Positions 40,361 to 54,321 of a stretch of 64,000 nucleotides of DNA are shown piece after piece. How positions within the stretch are numbered: the stretch's first letter is position 1; each line of letters begins with the position of its first letter. Source of the stretch: Raja brachyura. Its lineage: Eukaryota. Made by a program: the position numbers and the translations under genes. The notes beneath the pieces were generated by a model, which saw nothing but the letters and a program-made list of their open reading frames with translations, was not told the origin of the DNA and did no database searches. The stretch lies in assembly GCA_963514005.1 (NCBI GenBank), contig OY740795.1:434001-498000 (forward strand), in the 5' to 3' direction.

Positions 40361-42284
40361 TCGCCTTTCTAATGCTCTCTGCTCCGCTGATGCGGTTGCA
40401 TGGGCCTGCTTTCCTGTTCTCTCTCATTTGACGGTTTGCTTTCATTATGTGCAGGTGTCCTGGTGGTTTTATTGTTTCCAACTGCGAGCTGCTTCTCCGG
40501 AATCCGTTTCCATATCATTAGCCGCTAGCTGCAGATAATTACAAGAGCTCTTACGCCAGCGGGATGTGACCAAAGATCTGAAACGTTTGTTCTGTTTCAC
40601 TCTCTCTCAGTCCTGGGTAACCTGCTTAATAACTGCAAATTAGATTACCTTGAATGGGGCATTTTGATCTGTATGGACGTTCGACCGAAGGGTTTACTTT
40701 CGTGCTGTATCATTTTATGCCTTGAAACAAAGTCGCTGAATGTGATTCATGGGGGATTTGAATGGAAATGTATTTGATGAAGCTGCACAGAGGGAGCCCG
40801 GCTCCAATTGTGACCAGCCCTGACAGTGTATTAAGGGACATAAAACTGGGAGTGCCTGGAACAGAATTATCATAACAGCTCACGTCGCGGTGTGAAACAA
40901 GGCACAGCCCACTGTATATTCCTGCCTCACACCACTGTCCCAATTAAAATAATAGAAAGTTAAATATCTGGGCCGTCAAATTTTATTTGCAATCACAAAC
41001 GAGATGAGTTTGTTCCAACAATGTACTGCCAAAACTTGAACAGCATGCGTCTATGAAAATAAGGTCTACGCCTATACGATCAGTTACCCGGGCTTCATAT
41101 CACCACTCAGTGTCAGCTGCACAATGTAACATGGACTAAAATGAAGAAAATCTCAGACGTCGATTCTAATGACATTGGTATAAAATAGGAATATCTAGGT
41201 CCAATTTAATAGACATCGGAATGACTTGATCAGTGGTCTTGATCTCTGCCATTAAAATGTTATTTTACCAGAGTTTTAAATTTCTATAAGGGTTCTTTGT
41301 GTAAAAGAACAGGTAGTATGTGTGTTGCTCGATGACGATTCAACGTAGCACTGATATCATCGGATGCAACTGTGAAGTACCAGTTCTAAAAGTAGAACTG
41401 CAACAAGTTCCCTCCTTCCCCACTGAAGCAATACAGCATCCTATTAGATTCACTACCTATTTGTGCCCCCAAACAAATTGTTTTCTGCCCAATACCGTCG
41501 ACATTCGCTTAAAAGAGTGAACAGGAAGTATATGTAAACGTTGATGCAAAATTCGTAATATTCTACAGGTCTTCTTGGTGGGGGAGTTCAGAAGCATCAG
41601 CATGCATCCACTTTCGTTGACGATAAGCATTGGATCAGTGGCATTAGACCGGCTAGCACAGCTAATGCTTGTAACGTTTACAAATATAAAATTTACAAGG
41701 TAAGGCGAACGCAAAAGGATACAGCTTCACTATATTGCCATCAGTAAGATGATCGACATTCCTACGTTCTTCATTGCTAGCTCACTGTTTGCTCTCAGCC
41801 CGGAGTCTCCCGCGGGCTCTACTGCTCTCCAGGGTTTGTCTGAACGTCTGCAGTTTGAGCAACAGAATTAAGAGGAATGGGAGGCAAGGGTTTAAGTACG
41901 CCGTTGCCACTCGTAAACTCTCCACGCGGTTGAAGGATTCGGGCAGATTCGAGCAAAAAGTAAGAGGGGACAATTTTGACTCCTCTAACAATGCAGGAAA
42001 GCAAGCACAGAGAGGTCAGTGTGGAATGGTAGGGGGAGTTAAAGTGTTTAGCAAGCGGGAGATCAAGCAGTTTTAGGCGATTTGAGCGGAGGTGTTCAAC
42101 AAAGCGATCGCAAAGCCTGCATGTTGCCGAGGATTGTTCCTGTTAATTTACTTGTAACAGTCGAGCCCCCTAGCTTAAAAAGTAACACAATTGTTTGTGC
42201 AGTAAATTAGTTAATGGGTCTGGAAGCAGAAAGAGAAGGTCCTGCAGATAGGACGGAGTTGTAGAGTAGCTGATTAGCTCATTT

Positions 42285-43130
42285 TAGAAACATAGAAACA
42301 TAGAAAATAGGTGCAGGAGGAGGCCATTCGGCCCTTCGGGCCGGCACCGAAATTTATTGTGATCATTGCTGATCGTCCGCTATCAATAACCCGTGCCTGC
42401 CTTCTCCCCATATCCCTTGACTCCACTAGCCGCTAGCGCTCTATCCAACTTTCTCTTAAATCCATCCAGTGATTTGGCCTCCACTGCTCTCTGTGGCAGG
42501 GAATTCCATAAATTCACAACTCTCTGGGTAAAAAAGTTTTTGCTCAGCTCAGTTTTAAATGACATCCCCTTTATTCTAAGACTGCGGCCCCTGGTTCTGG
42601 ACTCACCCAACATTGGGAATATTGTCCTGTATCTAGCTTGTTTAGTCCTTTAATAATTGTATATGTTTCTATAAGGTCCCCCCTCACCCTTCTAAACTCC
42701 AGTGCATACAAGCCTAGCCTTTTCAATCTTTCCTCATATGACAGTCCCGCCATCCCAGGGATCAATCTCGTGAACCTACGCTGCACTGCTTCAAGCACAA
42801 GGATGTCCTTCATCAAATTAGGAGACCAAAACTGTACACAATACTCCAGATGTGGTCTCAACAGAGCCCTATACAACTGCAGAATAACCTTTTTACTCCT
42901 GTACTGAAATCCTCTTGCTATAAAGGCCAACATTCCATTAGCTTTCTTCACTGCCTGCTGTACCTGCACGCCAACTTTCAGTGACTGGTGTACAAGGACA
43001 CCCAGGTCTCGCTGTACCTCCCCCTTACCAAACCTAACCCCATTGAAATAATAATCTGCCGCCTTGTTTTTGCCGCGAAAGTGGATAACCTCACATTTAT
43101 CTATATTACACTGGATCTGCCACGCGGCAG
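42285..43130 (-). mobile_element. CR1 3' fragment
   Basis: ORFs 42571-43164 and 42383-42613; tagaaaca tail. Confidence 0.88.
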
Positions 43131-43214
43131 ATGCAGTTGACAATAGACAAGAGGCGCAGGCCATAGACAGTAGGACATTCGGCCCTTCGAGTCAGCACCG
43201 TCATTCAATGTGAT

Positions 43215-44100
43215 CATTCAAGATCAAGATTCAAGAGAGGTATTGCCATCTGCCCCTGACAGAGAAATTAAATTCTTGCTTTGCTTCAGCACATCAGAAC
43301 ATAGTACGCATGACTACATAACAGATCAGTGTGTCCATATACTATTAGATAAATATATACACACATGAATAAATAAACTGATAAAGTGCAAATAAACAGA
43401 AAATCGGCTATTAATGTTCAGAGTATTGACAGAGCCGTGTTTAATAGCCTTATGGCTGTGGGGAAGTAGCTATTCCTGAACCTGGTCGTTGCAGTCTTCA
43501 GGCTCCTGTATCTTCTACCTGAAGGTAGCGGGGAGATGAGTGTGTGGCCAGGATGGTGTGGGTCCTTGATGATACTGCCAGCCTTTTTGAGGTAGCGACT
43601 GCGATAGATCCCCTCGATGGAAGGGAGGTCAGATCCGATGATGGACTGGGCAGTGTTTACTACTTTGTGTAGTCTTCTCCGCTCTAGGACGCTGAAGTTG
43701 CCGAACCAAGCCACGATACAACCGGTCACCATGCTTTCTACTGTGCACCTGTAGAAGTTAGAGAGAGTCCGCCTTGACAACCCGACTCTCCTTAATCTTC
43801 TCAGGAAGTAGAGGCGCTGATGTGCTTTCTTAATAATTGCACCAGTGTTCTCGGACAAGGAAATATCTTCAGAGATGTGCACGCCCACGAACTTGAAGCT
43901 CTTGACCCTCTCAACCATCGAACCGTTGATATAAACGGGACTGTGGGTCCCCATCCTTCTCCTTCCAAAGTCCACAATCAGTTCCGTGGTGTTGCTGGTG
44001 TTGAGGGCCAGATTATTTTGCTGGCACCACATGGACAGTCGTTTGATCTCTCATCTATACTCTGACTCATCCCCATCAGTGATACGTCCCACCACAGTGA
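43215..44100 (-). mobile_element. Rex1/Babar-like LINE 3' fragment inserted in a CR1 tail
   Basis: WCQQNNLALN, KKAHQRLYFLRRLRR and RFRNSYFPTAIRLLN. Confidence 0.82.
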
Positions 44101-46474
44101 TCATCATCCTTAATCAATACCCTGTTCCTGCCTTCTCCCCATGTGACCTGGCTCCGCTATCTTTAAGATAACTATCTATCTCTCTCTTGACAGTATCCAG
44201 ATAAGCGGCCTCCACCGCCCTTTGAGGCAGAGAATGCCACAGTCTCACTACACTTTGTGCGAAAAAAATATTCCTCGTCTCCATCTAAATGGCTTACCCA
44301 TTATTCTTGAACAGTGCCCCCGTTACTGGACTCCCCCAACATAGATAACAAGTTTTCTGCCTCTAGCGTGCCCAAACCCTAAATAACATTATATATTTCA
44401 ATAAGATCCCCTCTCACCCTTCCAAATTCCACTGTATACAAGCCCAGTCACTCCATTCTTTCAACCTATGCCAGTCCAGCGATACCGGTTAGAACCGACC
44501 GTTGGGAAAATCAACGTTCTGACAGTCTACCCTATCGACGCTTATTATAAACCAACTAACGTAAACTAACTAAACTAGCACGCTGTACAAATTCGTGACC
44601 AGTAACAAAGCCAATAGTGAATGTCTTTACCAATTCAGCAACATGGACACATTTAATATGAACAGCGTATTTTAGAGCCGCAGTCGCTCATTTACCGGAA
44701 TGATGGCTGGATTAGCGGTACAAGGAGAGATTGGTCATAATTGGATTATGTCCCCACTGGAATGTCGGAGATTGCAGGAAGATCTGTTTGAGGCATGTAA
44801 AGTTATGAGAGGCTTTGATATGCTCTGTCCCCCAACGCACCCGTTCCCAACCCGTAGCCCCCACAGGAGGCGTGATCCTCCAACTCAAGCCGTTCCCGAA
44901 GTGAAGCTGATCAATGATGGCCGAGCCATTGTGACGTCATCAGCTGAAGCTAGTCGTTTAATCAGTAATGTCGAGACATAAAGCATTAAATGTTTAGCGA
45001 CTTTGCTCGCTGCCCAGAGCGGATAAATGTGGATCAGAATATTTAAAAATCTTGTGAAAGGTGGCATTTATAATGCTTTAATCGCGAATAACGTGAAATA
45101 TAGGATGAAATCTTCAGGAAAGCTGATCACTGCTAGCCGAGCCATTCTGACATCATCAGTGGCAGCTGGTCGTTTTAAATTCAAAGTATTTTGATGTTTT
45201 TAAACTTCTTACTTACTTTTAAACAGTAATAAGTCAAGAAATAAAGTTAAAAATGTTCAGTGAAGGTGTTCTCGGCCACGAGGTTAAAAATGTCAATCAG
45301 AATGTGTAAAAATGTTATCGTTACCGCGCCGGGAGCGGAGGATTTGGGGAGAGTGTACTCAACTCAAAATTTGGAGCTATACAAATCTCAGCCATCCGTG
45401 GAGAAAAAAAATAATGGATTTCTCACATTTCCTTGCCCTGCAGGAAGAGTTAAATCCGACTCTCTGAGCACTCCCTCGAATTTCAAATAGGCAGAGGTCC
45501 AGCGTCGGCGCTGCATCAATGGAGGTGGGACATTAATGCAAATCGATTCAGAATCTCTTTACCACACAGGCGAACTTTCTTACGTTACCGCCCTCTACTG
45601 GACTCACGTGTTACACTATGCTTCCATTAAAAATATAATTAGTAATTCCAACTTGTATTAATAGTGTATGATTAGCACCCACTACCTCAGGCTATATCTG
45701 GTCCAGAGTTAATAATTGTAATGAAAACCGAAAGACTCTGTAAGAAGCAATGAGGCATTACATTAAGTGCGAGAAGCAAACATAAAATCGAACTCTCATT
45801 AACGTAAATGGTGCAGCAAGAGTTTTATTAAACACATTTGTGCACTGGTCACTTACATATGCACCCATGGAATGTCTCAAATAATTGTACAGTAATGGAG
45901 CATGCAATGTTTATGACCATTACTCTAGGTCTGTTTTCATTGCGTGCTGGAGACGTTGCCGCTGGATAGAGAAGAAGGTGGAAACAGTTAACGATCGAAG
46001 CTCAATTCCTGAGACACTGGAGGTCTGTTCCAGTGCAACATAGCACACGGTTCCACATGGCCTCCCTCCCGACTGAGCAATTGAACAATGCGCCCTTCTT
46101 CCATGATAAATAGAGGCCAAATATACATTCCAGTGCAGGGGACGGGTACAGGTTTAGATTGTATTTCCAAGCAACTTTTTTGATAATAAATGCGTAAAGA
46201 TTTCAGAGAAAGCACCTTTAGTACCCAGCTTTTGCACTCACTGACGAAGGGATTCGTATTATAACATTATTTTACAAAGGGTTTTCTTCCTGATGGCCAG
46301 AGGATCTGCGATGACTGAGGAACTGAAGGAAATCCACATTAGGCAGGAAATGGTGTTGGCTAGACTAATGGGACTGAAGGCCGATAAATCCCCAGGGCCT
46401 GATGGTCTGCATCCCAGGGTACTTATGGAAGTGACTCTAGAAATCGTGGACAAATTGGTGATAATTTCCCAATG

Positions 46475-46935
46475 TGTCAGAACTGAACGAGGAGGAGGAC
46501 ACAAATGCAGGCTCAGACACAGGGCAGATCCGTTTTGAGAGTTTAATCGGTCCAGGTCGGTACACAGGTAAGGGAAAACAGAGGTAACAGTATAATCTAG
46601 GAGCAGGCAAAAACAGTGGTCGAAAAACAGGCAATGGTCGAGATCACATGGTCACAATATTTCTAGAGCTGGAACGAGGAGATACTAAGTAGCATACACA
46701 ACGAACTGGCAATGAGAATTAAAACACAAAGGCCTTAAATGCAGACTAACAGGGGATAACGAGACACAGGTGAAACATATCTGGGCGGGGCCAACAAACA
46801 GATGAGGGTAAAGCCATGACAGGAAATGGGACCTGAAAAATGAGGAGATGTGAGACACCAAAATAAAAGAAGAATGCAAACTCTAATACTAAAAAAACAA
46901 TAAGAAACAGAAACTAGACAAACGCCAGACCGCAC

Positions 46936-46936
<1 letters not shown>
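46475..46936 (-). repeat. 3' LTR of the Gypsy element (TGT...ACA), preceded by a poly-G polypurine tract
   Basis: On the minus strand: (G)n-ac-TGTgcggtc...ctgACA. The outer end interrupts a CR1 fragment (about 46290-46474). Confidence 0.8.
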
Positions 46937-46966
<30 letters not shown>

Positions 46967-49900
46967 ACGGCCGGCTCCTGACGGCCGAGGATCGTCAGGA
47001 TGTTGACGCCGATAATCCCTGATAAGTTCCGGGTCGCATATGTTGCGAGCCGGCACCCAAGACCGCTCCTCAGGTCCATAACCCTCCCAATCCACAAGAT
47101 ACTGACAACCACAACCACGACCACGCATCGCCAGCAACAGGCTGACCGTAAACACTGGACCCCCATCACGGAACCAGGGGGGCGGAGCGGGTGTGGAGGC
47201 AGGGACCAGAGGACGCTCCTTAACTGGCTTCAGTCGGGAGACATGGGAAGTAGGGTGGACCCTCATGGCACGGGGGAGTTTGAGACGAACCGCCACAGGA
47301 TTGATGACATTCAATATGGGGAAAGGACCAACAAAACGAGGATCCAGCTTCCGGGATTCAACACTCAGAGGTAAGTTTCGAGTGGAGAGCCACACCTCGT
47401 GGCCCGGCGAGTATACTGGAGCCGGCGTTCTTCCACGATCGGCCATCCTCTTGTAGCGCGCAGAACTGCGCAACAGCATCTGACGAGCCCCATTCCAAAC
47501 CTTACGACAGCGACGGATGAGAGCCTGAGCGGAGAGCACACTGGACTCCTTCTCCAGAGCAGGGAAGAATGGCGGTTGATAACTATAGGCACACTGGAAT
47601 GGAGAGAGACCAGAGGATAAGCAAGGAAATATGTTGTGTGCAAACTCCACCCAAATAAGGTGTTTGATCCAAGTTGAAGGATTCTGTGCCACCAAGCACC
47701 GCAGTGCGGTCTCCAATTCCTGGTTAAGGCGTTCAGTCTTTCCATTGGATTCCGGGTGATAACCAGATGTAAGGCTGACGTGGCGTACAACAGAGAATAA
47801 AACTCCTTCCAAAACCTGGACACGAACTGAGGGCCCTGGCCAAACACACTGTCTCTGGGATTTCCATGAATTCGAAAAACATGAGACAACATGACCTCTG
47901 CCGTTTTCCCGGCGGAGGGAAGCTTGTGCAACGGAATGAAATGGACCATCTTAGAAAAACCACAACCACAACCACAACTGCCTTCAGAAGAGGGCAGGGC
48001 CGTGACAAAGTCCATGGAGATGTCTGACCAGGGGCGTGAGGGGACAGGCAGCGGATTCAGGAGGCCAAAGGCGGGTCGACGTGAGGTCTTGTTCTGAGCA
48101 CAAATACTGCAGGCGGCGACGTACTCCTTAATCCCCCTCTCCATGCAAGGCCACCAAAACCACTGTTTGGCCACAAACAGGGTTCGGCGGACACCGGGAT
48201 GACAGGAGATCCGAGACGTATGAGCTCAGTGAATCACCTGTGAACGAAGAGACTCGGGAACAAACAGTCAATTACAAGGACACCCTGGCGGAGACGGGAC
48301 ACCAACAGTTGCCTCGGAAACTCTCTTCTCAATCTCCCAAGTAACCGCCCCAACAAAACAGGAATCAGGCAGAATGGGAGTTGAAACCTTAAGGGACGGG
48401 TCAGGATCAAACTGTCGGGAGATAGCATCAGGTTTGCCTCTCTTGGCACCAGGGCGGTAAGACAGTACAAAATGAAATCGATTAAAGTATAGAGCCCACC
48501 TTGCTTGGCGCGAGTTGAGGCGTTTGGCTGACTTGATGTATTCCAGGTTCTTGTGGTCTGTCCAAACTAGAAACGGCTGCTTGGTACCCTTCAACCAATA
48601 TCTCCATTCTTCCAAGGCTATTTTAATCGCTAACAGTTCACGGTTACCCACATCGTAATTTATCACAGCAGGAGAAATCTTTCTGGAGAGGAAAGCGCAC
48701 GGATGTAGTCGACCATCTGTGGAGGATTTCTTGGAGAGTACGGCCCCGATGCCCACACCCGAGGCATCCGCCTCAACCACGAACTGGAGTGACGGGTCAG
48801 GGTGAACCAGGATGGGGGCTGAGGAGAAGCTCCTGTTGAGTCTCATAAAAGCAGTTTCTGCTTGAGGGGACCAAGAGAAAGGCACGTGGGGTGAGGTTAC
48901 AGCATGGAGTTGTGCAGCAGTGACACTAATGTTGCGGATAAACTTCATAAAAAAATTATCAAACCCAAGGAACCCCTGAAGTCGCTTACGACTGGAGGGT
49001 GTAGGCCAGGTGGCCACAGCACTGACCTTGCCCGGGTTCTTCTGTATATCATCAGGTGATATAACATAACCAAGGAATTGAACAGTGTTAGCATGAAATT
49101 CACACTTCTCAGCTTTCACAAACAGATCATTCAAGAGCAAACGTTCCAGCACCCGGTGTACATGCTGCACATGGGAAGTTTCGTCTGGAGAAAAAATCAA
49201 GATGTCATCAAGGTACACAAACACAAATGTGTTAAGTATGTTGCGTAATACATTGTTGACCATGCCTTGAAAAACTGCTGGAGCATTAGTAAGACCAAAC
49301 TGCATGACCCGATATTCATAACGACCACTGAATTGAATGCCTTTATTGTCATTCAGACCTTTTGGTCTGAACGAAATTTCGTGCCTGCAGTCATACATAT
49401 ATAAAAATAACAATACCATACAATAGCCACAAAATTAACATCCACCACAGTGAGTTCACCAAACACCTCCTCACTGTGGTGGGAGGCAAAAGTCTTAGAG
49501 TCTCTGTCTTTCCTCCCTCTTTATTCTCCCTCTGCGCTGAGGAGATCCAGGCCGCCGCCACCGCTGACGCCGGAACGCCGGAACACCGCCACAGGGGCCG
49601 CCGCCGGAACATCGCTGGAGCACCGCAGCTCCCGAAACCCAGGCCGCCGCTGGAGCACCGCAGCTGGGTGTGTTAAATGGAGTCTTCCATTCATCCCCTT
49701 CCCTTATCCTTACCAGATGATAAGCATTTCTAAGATATAACTTAGTGGATACTTTAGCGTATTTTAACAGTACAAATGCAGAGGAGATAAGAGGAAGAGG
49801 GTATCTGTTTTCAACAGTAATGCCATTGAGTCCTCTGTAGTCAATGCAGGTCCGAACTGTTCCATCCTTCTATCCACAAACAAGAATCCAGCTCCTGCAG

Positions 49901-51425
49901 GTGAAGAGGAAGGTCTGATGATCCCAGCAGCAAGGGCGTCGTGAACGTACTTCCCCATGGCGAGCCGCTCAGGTGAAGACAAGGAATAAAGACGACCCTT
50001 AGGATGCGCTGTACCAGGCAGAAGGTCAATGCAGCAGTCGTATAGTCTAGGCGGCGGAAGAGAGGTGGCCTTGGCCTTGTTGAACACCTCCTTTAGGTCT
50101 AGATAACATGAGGGAACCTTGGTGAGATCTGGAAAATACCCCTCCCTTGAACGGGGAGGCTGCCGGAGGGTGGTCCTTGAAGATCCCATCAAACTGCTCC
50201 TTGATGGATCCTTCATAGACTCAGGTGAAGAATCATGCAGATAGATGAGTATACAGTTATTTCCCCAAGAAATTACTTCCCCAGTACCCCAGTTCATGTG
50301 AGGATTATGGTAAGACAGCCAAGGGAGCCCCAAAACTAGAGGATGAAGAGGACAGTCGAGGAGATGAAAACTGATGGTCTTCCAGTGATTACCTGCCACG
50401 ATGAGTTGAACAGGTTGAGTTCGGTGAATCACCGTGTACATTAGGCGCCCATCCAGTGCACTAGCCTCCTGAGGTTCACGTTCCAGCTTCAATTGATTAG
50501 CCAAGCGAATGTCCATGAAGTTCTCATCTGCCCCAGAATCAACCAAAGCCTGCAGGAAATGCCACTGGGGATGCACCAACATTTGTACAGTAGTGAGTTG
50601 ACGAGAGGAACGGCTCATGGAAGTGGTGCAGCTCACCAATGTCCTCGCTTTCATCGGTGAGCCTTGTCTTTTACTGAACAGCCGTTCAACAAATGCCCCT
50701 GTTCACCACAGTAAAAACACCTCCCCTCGCTTAGGCGGCGGTGCCGTTCCTGCGGGCTGAGTTTGGCTCGTCCCACCCGCATGGGCTCCTCCGATTAGAT
50801 AGGTGGCGCTGTAGGGTGACTGGACCGGCCGAGAGGGACGAACTCCCGACCGGAAGGCGAAGGGCGACGCTGCCGCCACTGTTGGGAGGAGGACAGAACT
50901 GCCGCCGATCTCTCTCGCTCTTCTTCTCTGAGCCTAGCGTCAATTAAGACAGCCAGGGAAATCATAGACTCGAAGACTGAAGGCAGGGTTAGTGGAGCCA
51001 ACTGATCCTTGATAGCTTCAGACAATCCATTGCGAAAAGCATCCAACAAAGCAGACTCATTCCATGCACTCTTAGCAGCAACAGTTCGAAATTCAATAGC
51101 AAAATCCATAACAGAGCGATTACCTTATTTCATGGACACCAGGTTCTGTGAAGCGTCTCGGCCAGGATTGGAGTGATCAAACGTGCGGGACAGAGCTTCC
51201 GTGGACACGACTGCGTCTGGCAACCAGGAGAATTCCGAGCGCAGTCCGCCGTGGCCCAAGCCTCCGCTTTACCCGACAGGTGCGTGATGGTAAAGGCTAC
51301 CCTTGATCGTTCTGATGGAAAGGAAGCCGCTTGAAGTTCAAAACACTGAATTAAAAAAGGTCTACACCTGTCCGATTCCCCCGAAAAGTGTTCTGGTCTT
51401 GCCATGTGGACGAATGGGTTCAACG
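46475..51425 (-). mobile_element. Ty3/Gypsy chromovirus (sushi-like) LTR retrotransposon, degraded, 5' LTR missing
   Basis: gag PEHFSGESDRCRPFLIQC; protease LVDSGADENF; [13 protein letters not shown] and YLDDILIFS; RNase [12 protein letters not shown] and WTDHKNL; integrase CSICAQNK, WSDISMDF and [13 protein letters not shown]; GPF motif; chromodomain [16 protein letters not shown]. Confidence 0.92.
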
Positions 51426-51799
51426 CTTATATTTCTGGCCTAGCAACAGTCACCATAATTTACTGGTTCCTTATAATCAGCCCAAGCAACCAAAGTGTTG
51501 TTTAAAACAAAATTTCACCTCTCATTAACCCCATACGCCCCAAACTCCGTTGCATTCGGCCTTTAGGCTTAATTCAACCCCTCGACTCTCTTGGCATTCG
51601 TCACGCGGCATTAGGACAATACACACGTGCAGTATATTATGCTCCCAACATCCGAAACCCCAAGACATCGAATTTACCATTTGCTCTCTCGGGCCTCATC
51701 TTGGAAGTTTTTGGTAACTTTATTCAAGGCCTTAACCTGTTGGCGTATATGGACTCGCAGATCCGTAATGTTTTCACCGGCACCCAGTCTGTAAGTAGA

Positions 51800-53660
51800 G
51801 CATTCTCTTCGTATGATAGCAGAAGTCCCCCCTCCCTCAGGTCGTTGGTTCTAGTTGTTTCCTTCTTGCTATAACACAACGGACAACCGCTTGATCGTGT
51901 GGGAGGCAGTTATTATAAGCATCTGTTATTTTTGTAGGCGGTTCATACGCTCCACCCGCCCTGCTGTTTGCGGGTAATACTTGATCTGGAGGGTCCACTG
52001 CACCCCAAAATGAACTGCCCAATGTTGTACTGTGTTACCCGCAAAGTGGGACCCGTTGTCGGACTGAATCTCCTATTGGGTGCCATACACGGTCATTGTC
52101 ACAATCATACTTTGTTAGCCAAGTATGTTTTACAACATACGAGGAATTCGATATGTCATGCATTATACTAATAAAAAGTAACAGAACACAAAAAATACAT
52201 TTAAACATAAACATTCACCACAGCGCCTCCTCCAGATTCCTCATAGTGACGGAAGGAGAAATAAAAGTTAAATATCTTCACTTCATTGTTCTGTCGCAGT
52301 CGGGGCCTCCAGTCTTCCGTTGACGGGACGATCTTGATTCCGGTAGCTGGCGGCGGTCCTCCGCGTCGGGTTGATCACGTTCCTGCATCGGGGGGATCTC
52401 AGCTCTCCGCGCCGGGCAATCGGACCACGGGTCGGGACTAGTCGAAAGCCTCTGCGACTTTGGAGCTCCCGAATCGGTCTATCCGAGACTGGTGGCTCGT
52501 TGATGTTAAAGTTGTAGCATCGAACCCAGGCTGGGATTCGGCTACGATGGTAAGTGCGCGCACCCACGGTGGGGCTCATAGTCATTCCCAAGCAAGGTCT
52601 CCAGCTCCTTGATGTTGGGCAGCAGGGCGACCGGAGATACGACCCGGAAAACAATTGCATCTCCGGCAAGGTAAGAGATTGAAAACAGGTATTCACACGC
52701 CACCCTTCCCCACCCACAACATAAAACCAACCTGGGAACATCAACACAAACTTTATAAACACGCTAAATTTAATTTAAAAAAGACTAAAGTACAGAGGCC
52801 GCCATCGAGGCCCCACCCGGTGGGCTTATACGGCTGCATCCTTTAATATAGCATATCAACCAGCAGAGATTATAACATTTTGTTGGCATGAGCAGTTCCC
52901 TACATTGTAACTGTTGCTCAAAACGGAGTTGCCTCGTTGCCTAGTCCGGATGGTACCACCCTGAAATGGTGTTTAAGGGGGTAATCCACCGATTTCCATT
53001 TCTCAAACCATGGCGCAGTGAAATAGCTTTGGCAGTACTTTCCGCCTTTACGAGAACCGAGCAGGCGGATCGATTCATGGTGCCATTTTGGGAGATGTAC
53101 CACCCAGCCATACCGTTGGCAATCGCGCAGCAATCGGTGTGCAGGCGGACTGGTGTATTGTCGTATGGCGAGGGAAGGGCGGCCGACACAATCTCGCATA
53201 GTTGACTCGAGCTTCCAGAGCCAACGGTACACCACGCCTGTGATTGTTCGTGATGCGAAAGGTCAGAAATTGTGACGCCCCCCGCCCACGCAATGGTGGA
53301 GGCAGAATGTGGTTCGGGCTCATGTCATGATCCACCTCCCGACGGGAGGGTAATTACTTCATCAAGCATACCGCTAACGCCGTCGGGGTCTTTCTCAGCC
53401 TGATCATAAATGTCGCTTTCCATTTTACAAAAGTGGAACGCTCCGTCCTTACGGGAGACGTCGACGAACTGAACGCTGGTCTTAATAGGTGGGTGAGTGC
53501 GCACAACCACTATCCCACCCGTCGTAAGGTGTTCGGTCGCAAGGAAGGACAAGTAACTTGCTAACAACTGTCAGTCAAAGGGCAAATATCGCGCGGTGAG
53601 ATCAGGTAACGTATTGGTCGAGACGAGAGAGGCGCCCGCCTTGTCTGTTCAACCCATACA
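51800..53660 (-). mobile_element. Degraded class III (ERV-L/spuma-related) endogenous retrovirus pol fragment: tether, RNase H and integrase; interrupted by a repeat at about 52097-52800
   Basis: Manual translation gives LPDLTARYLPFD*QLLASY..LATEHLT, IYDQAEKDPDGVSGMLDEV, EQSQAWCTVGS, SSQLCEI, VRLHTDCCAIANGMAGW, and integrase YGTQ*EIQSDNGSHFAGNTVQHWA..GVQW..YYPQTAGRVERMN. Confidence 0.75.
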
Positions 53661-54142
53661 NNNNNNNNNNNNNNNNNNNNNNNNNNNNNNNNNNNNNNNN
53701 NNNNNNNNNNNNNNNNNNNNNNNNNNNNNNNNNNNNNNNNNNNNNNNNNNNNNNNNNNNNNNNNNNNNNNNNNNNNNNNNNNNNNNNNNNNNNNNNNNNN
53801 NNNNNNNNNNNNNNNNNNNNNNNNNNNNNNNNNNNNNNNNNNNNNNNNNNNNNNNNNNNNNNNNNNNNNNNNNNNNNNNNNNNNNNNNNNNNNNNNNNNN
53901 NNNNNNNNNNNNNNNNNNNNNNNNNNNNNNNNNNNNNNNNNNNNNNNNNNNNNNNNNNNNNNNNNNNNNNNNNNNNNNNNNNNNNNNNNNNNNNNNNNNN
54001 NNNNNNNNNNNNNNNNNNNNNNNNNNNNNNNNNNNNNNNNNNNNNNNNNNNNNNNNNNNNNNNNNNNNNNNNNNNNNNNNNNNNNNNNNNNNNNNNNNNN
54101 NNNNNNNNNNNNNNNNNNNNNNNNNNNNNNNNNNNNNNNNNN
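53661..54142. other. Assembly gap (482 N)
   Basis: Run of N. Confidence 1.
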
Positions 54143-54282
54143 TGTATGTCTGTCTGTCTGTGTATCTGTCTGTCTATCTGTCTGCCTATCTGCCTTTCTG
54201 TCTAGTTTGTTTCCACTATGGTGAGGTATTTTTTTGCAAACCTGTGCTCTGCAGCGTTGTGTGGTCGCACGCCACCACGCTC

Positions 54283-54321
54283 AGTTTTTGTACAACTCTC
54301 ACCCTGCTCAGCATCACTGTG
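54283..54321 (-). promoter_or_regulatory. 23-RSS of the supporting TCR V-delta
   Basis: Minus strand: CACAGTG (54321-54315) + 23 nt + ACAAAAACT (54291-54283). Confidence 0.93.

Larger units (their letters stand above)
32490..44730 (+). repeat. Duplication copy D (contains TCR V gene 2), interrupted by several insertions
   Basis: Colinear with 313-4462, 10040-11260 and 13755-15057 once the insertions are removed. Confidence 0.88.

Noticed and set aside
46889-51423. Domesticated PEG10/RTL1-like gene
   Set aside because: Many frameshifts, an internal insertion, and a retained PPT and LTR mark it as a decayed transposon.
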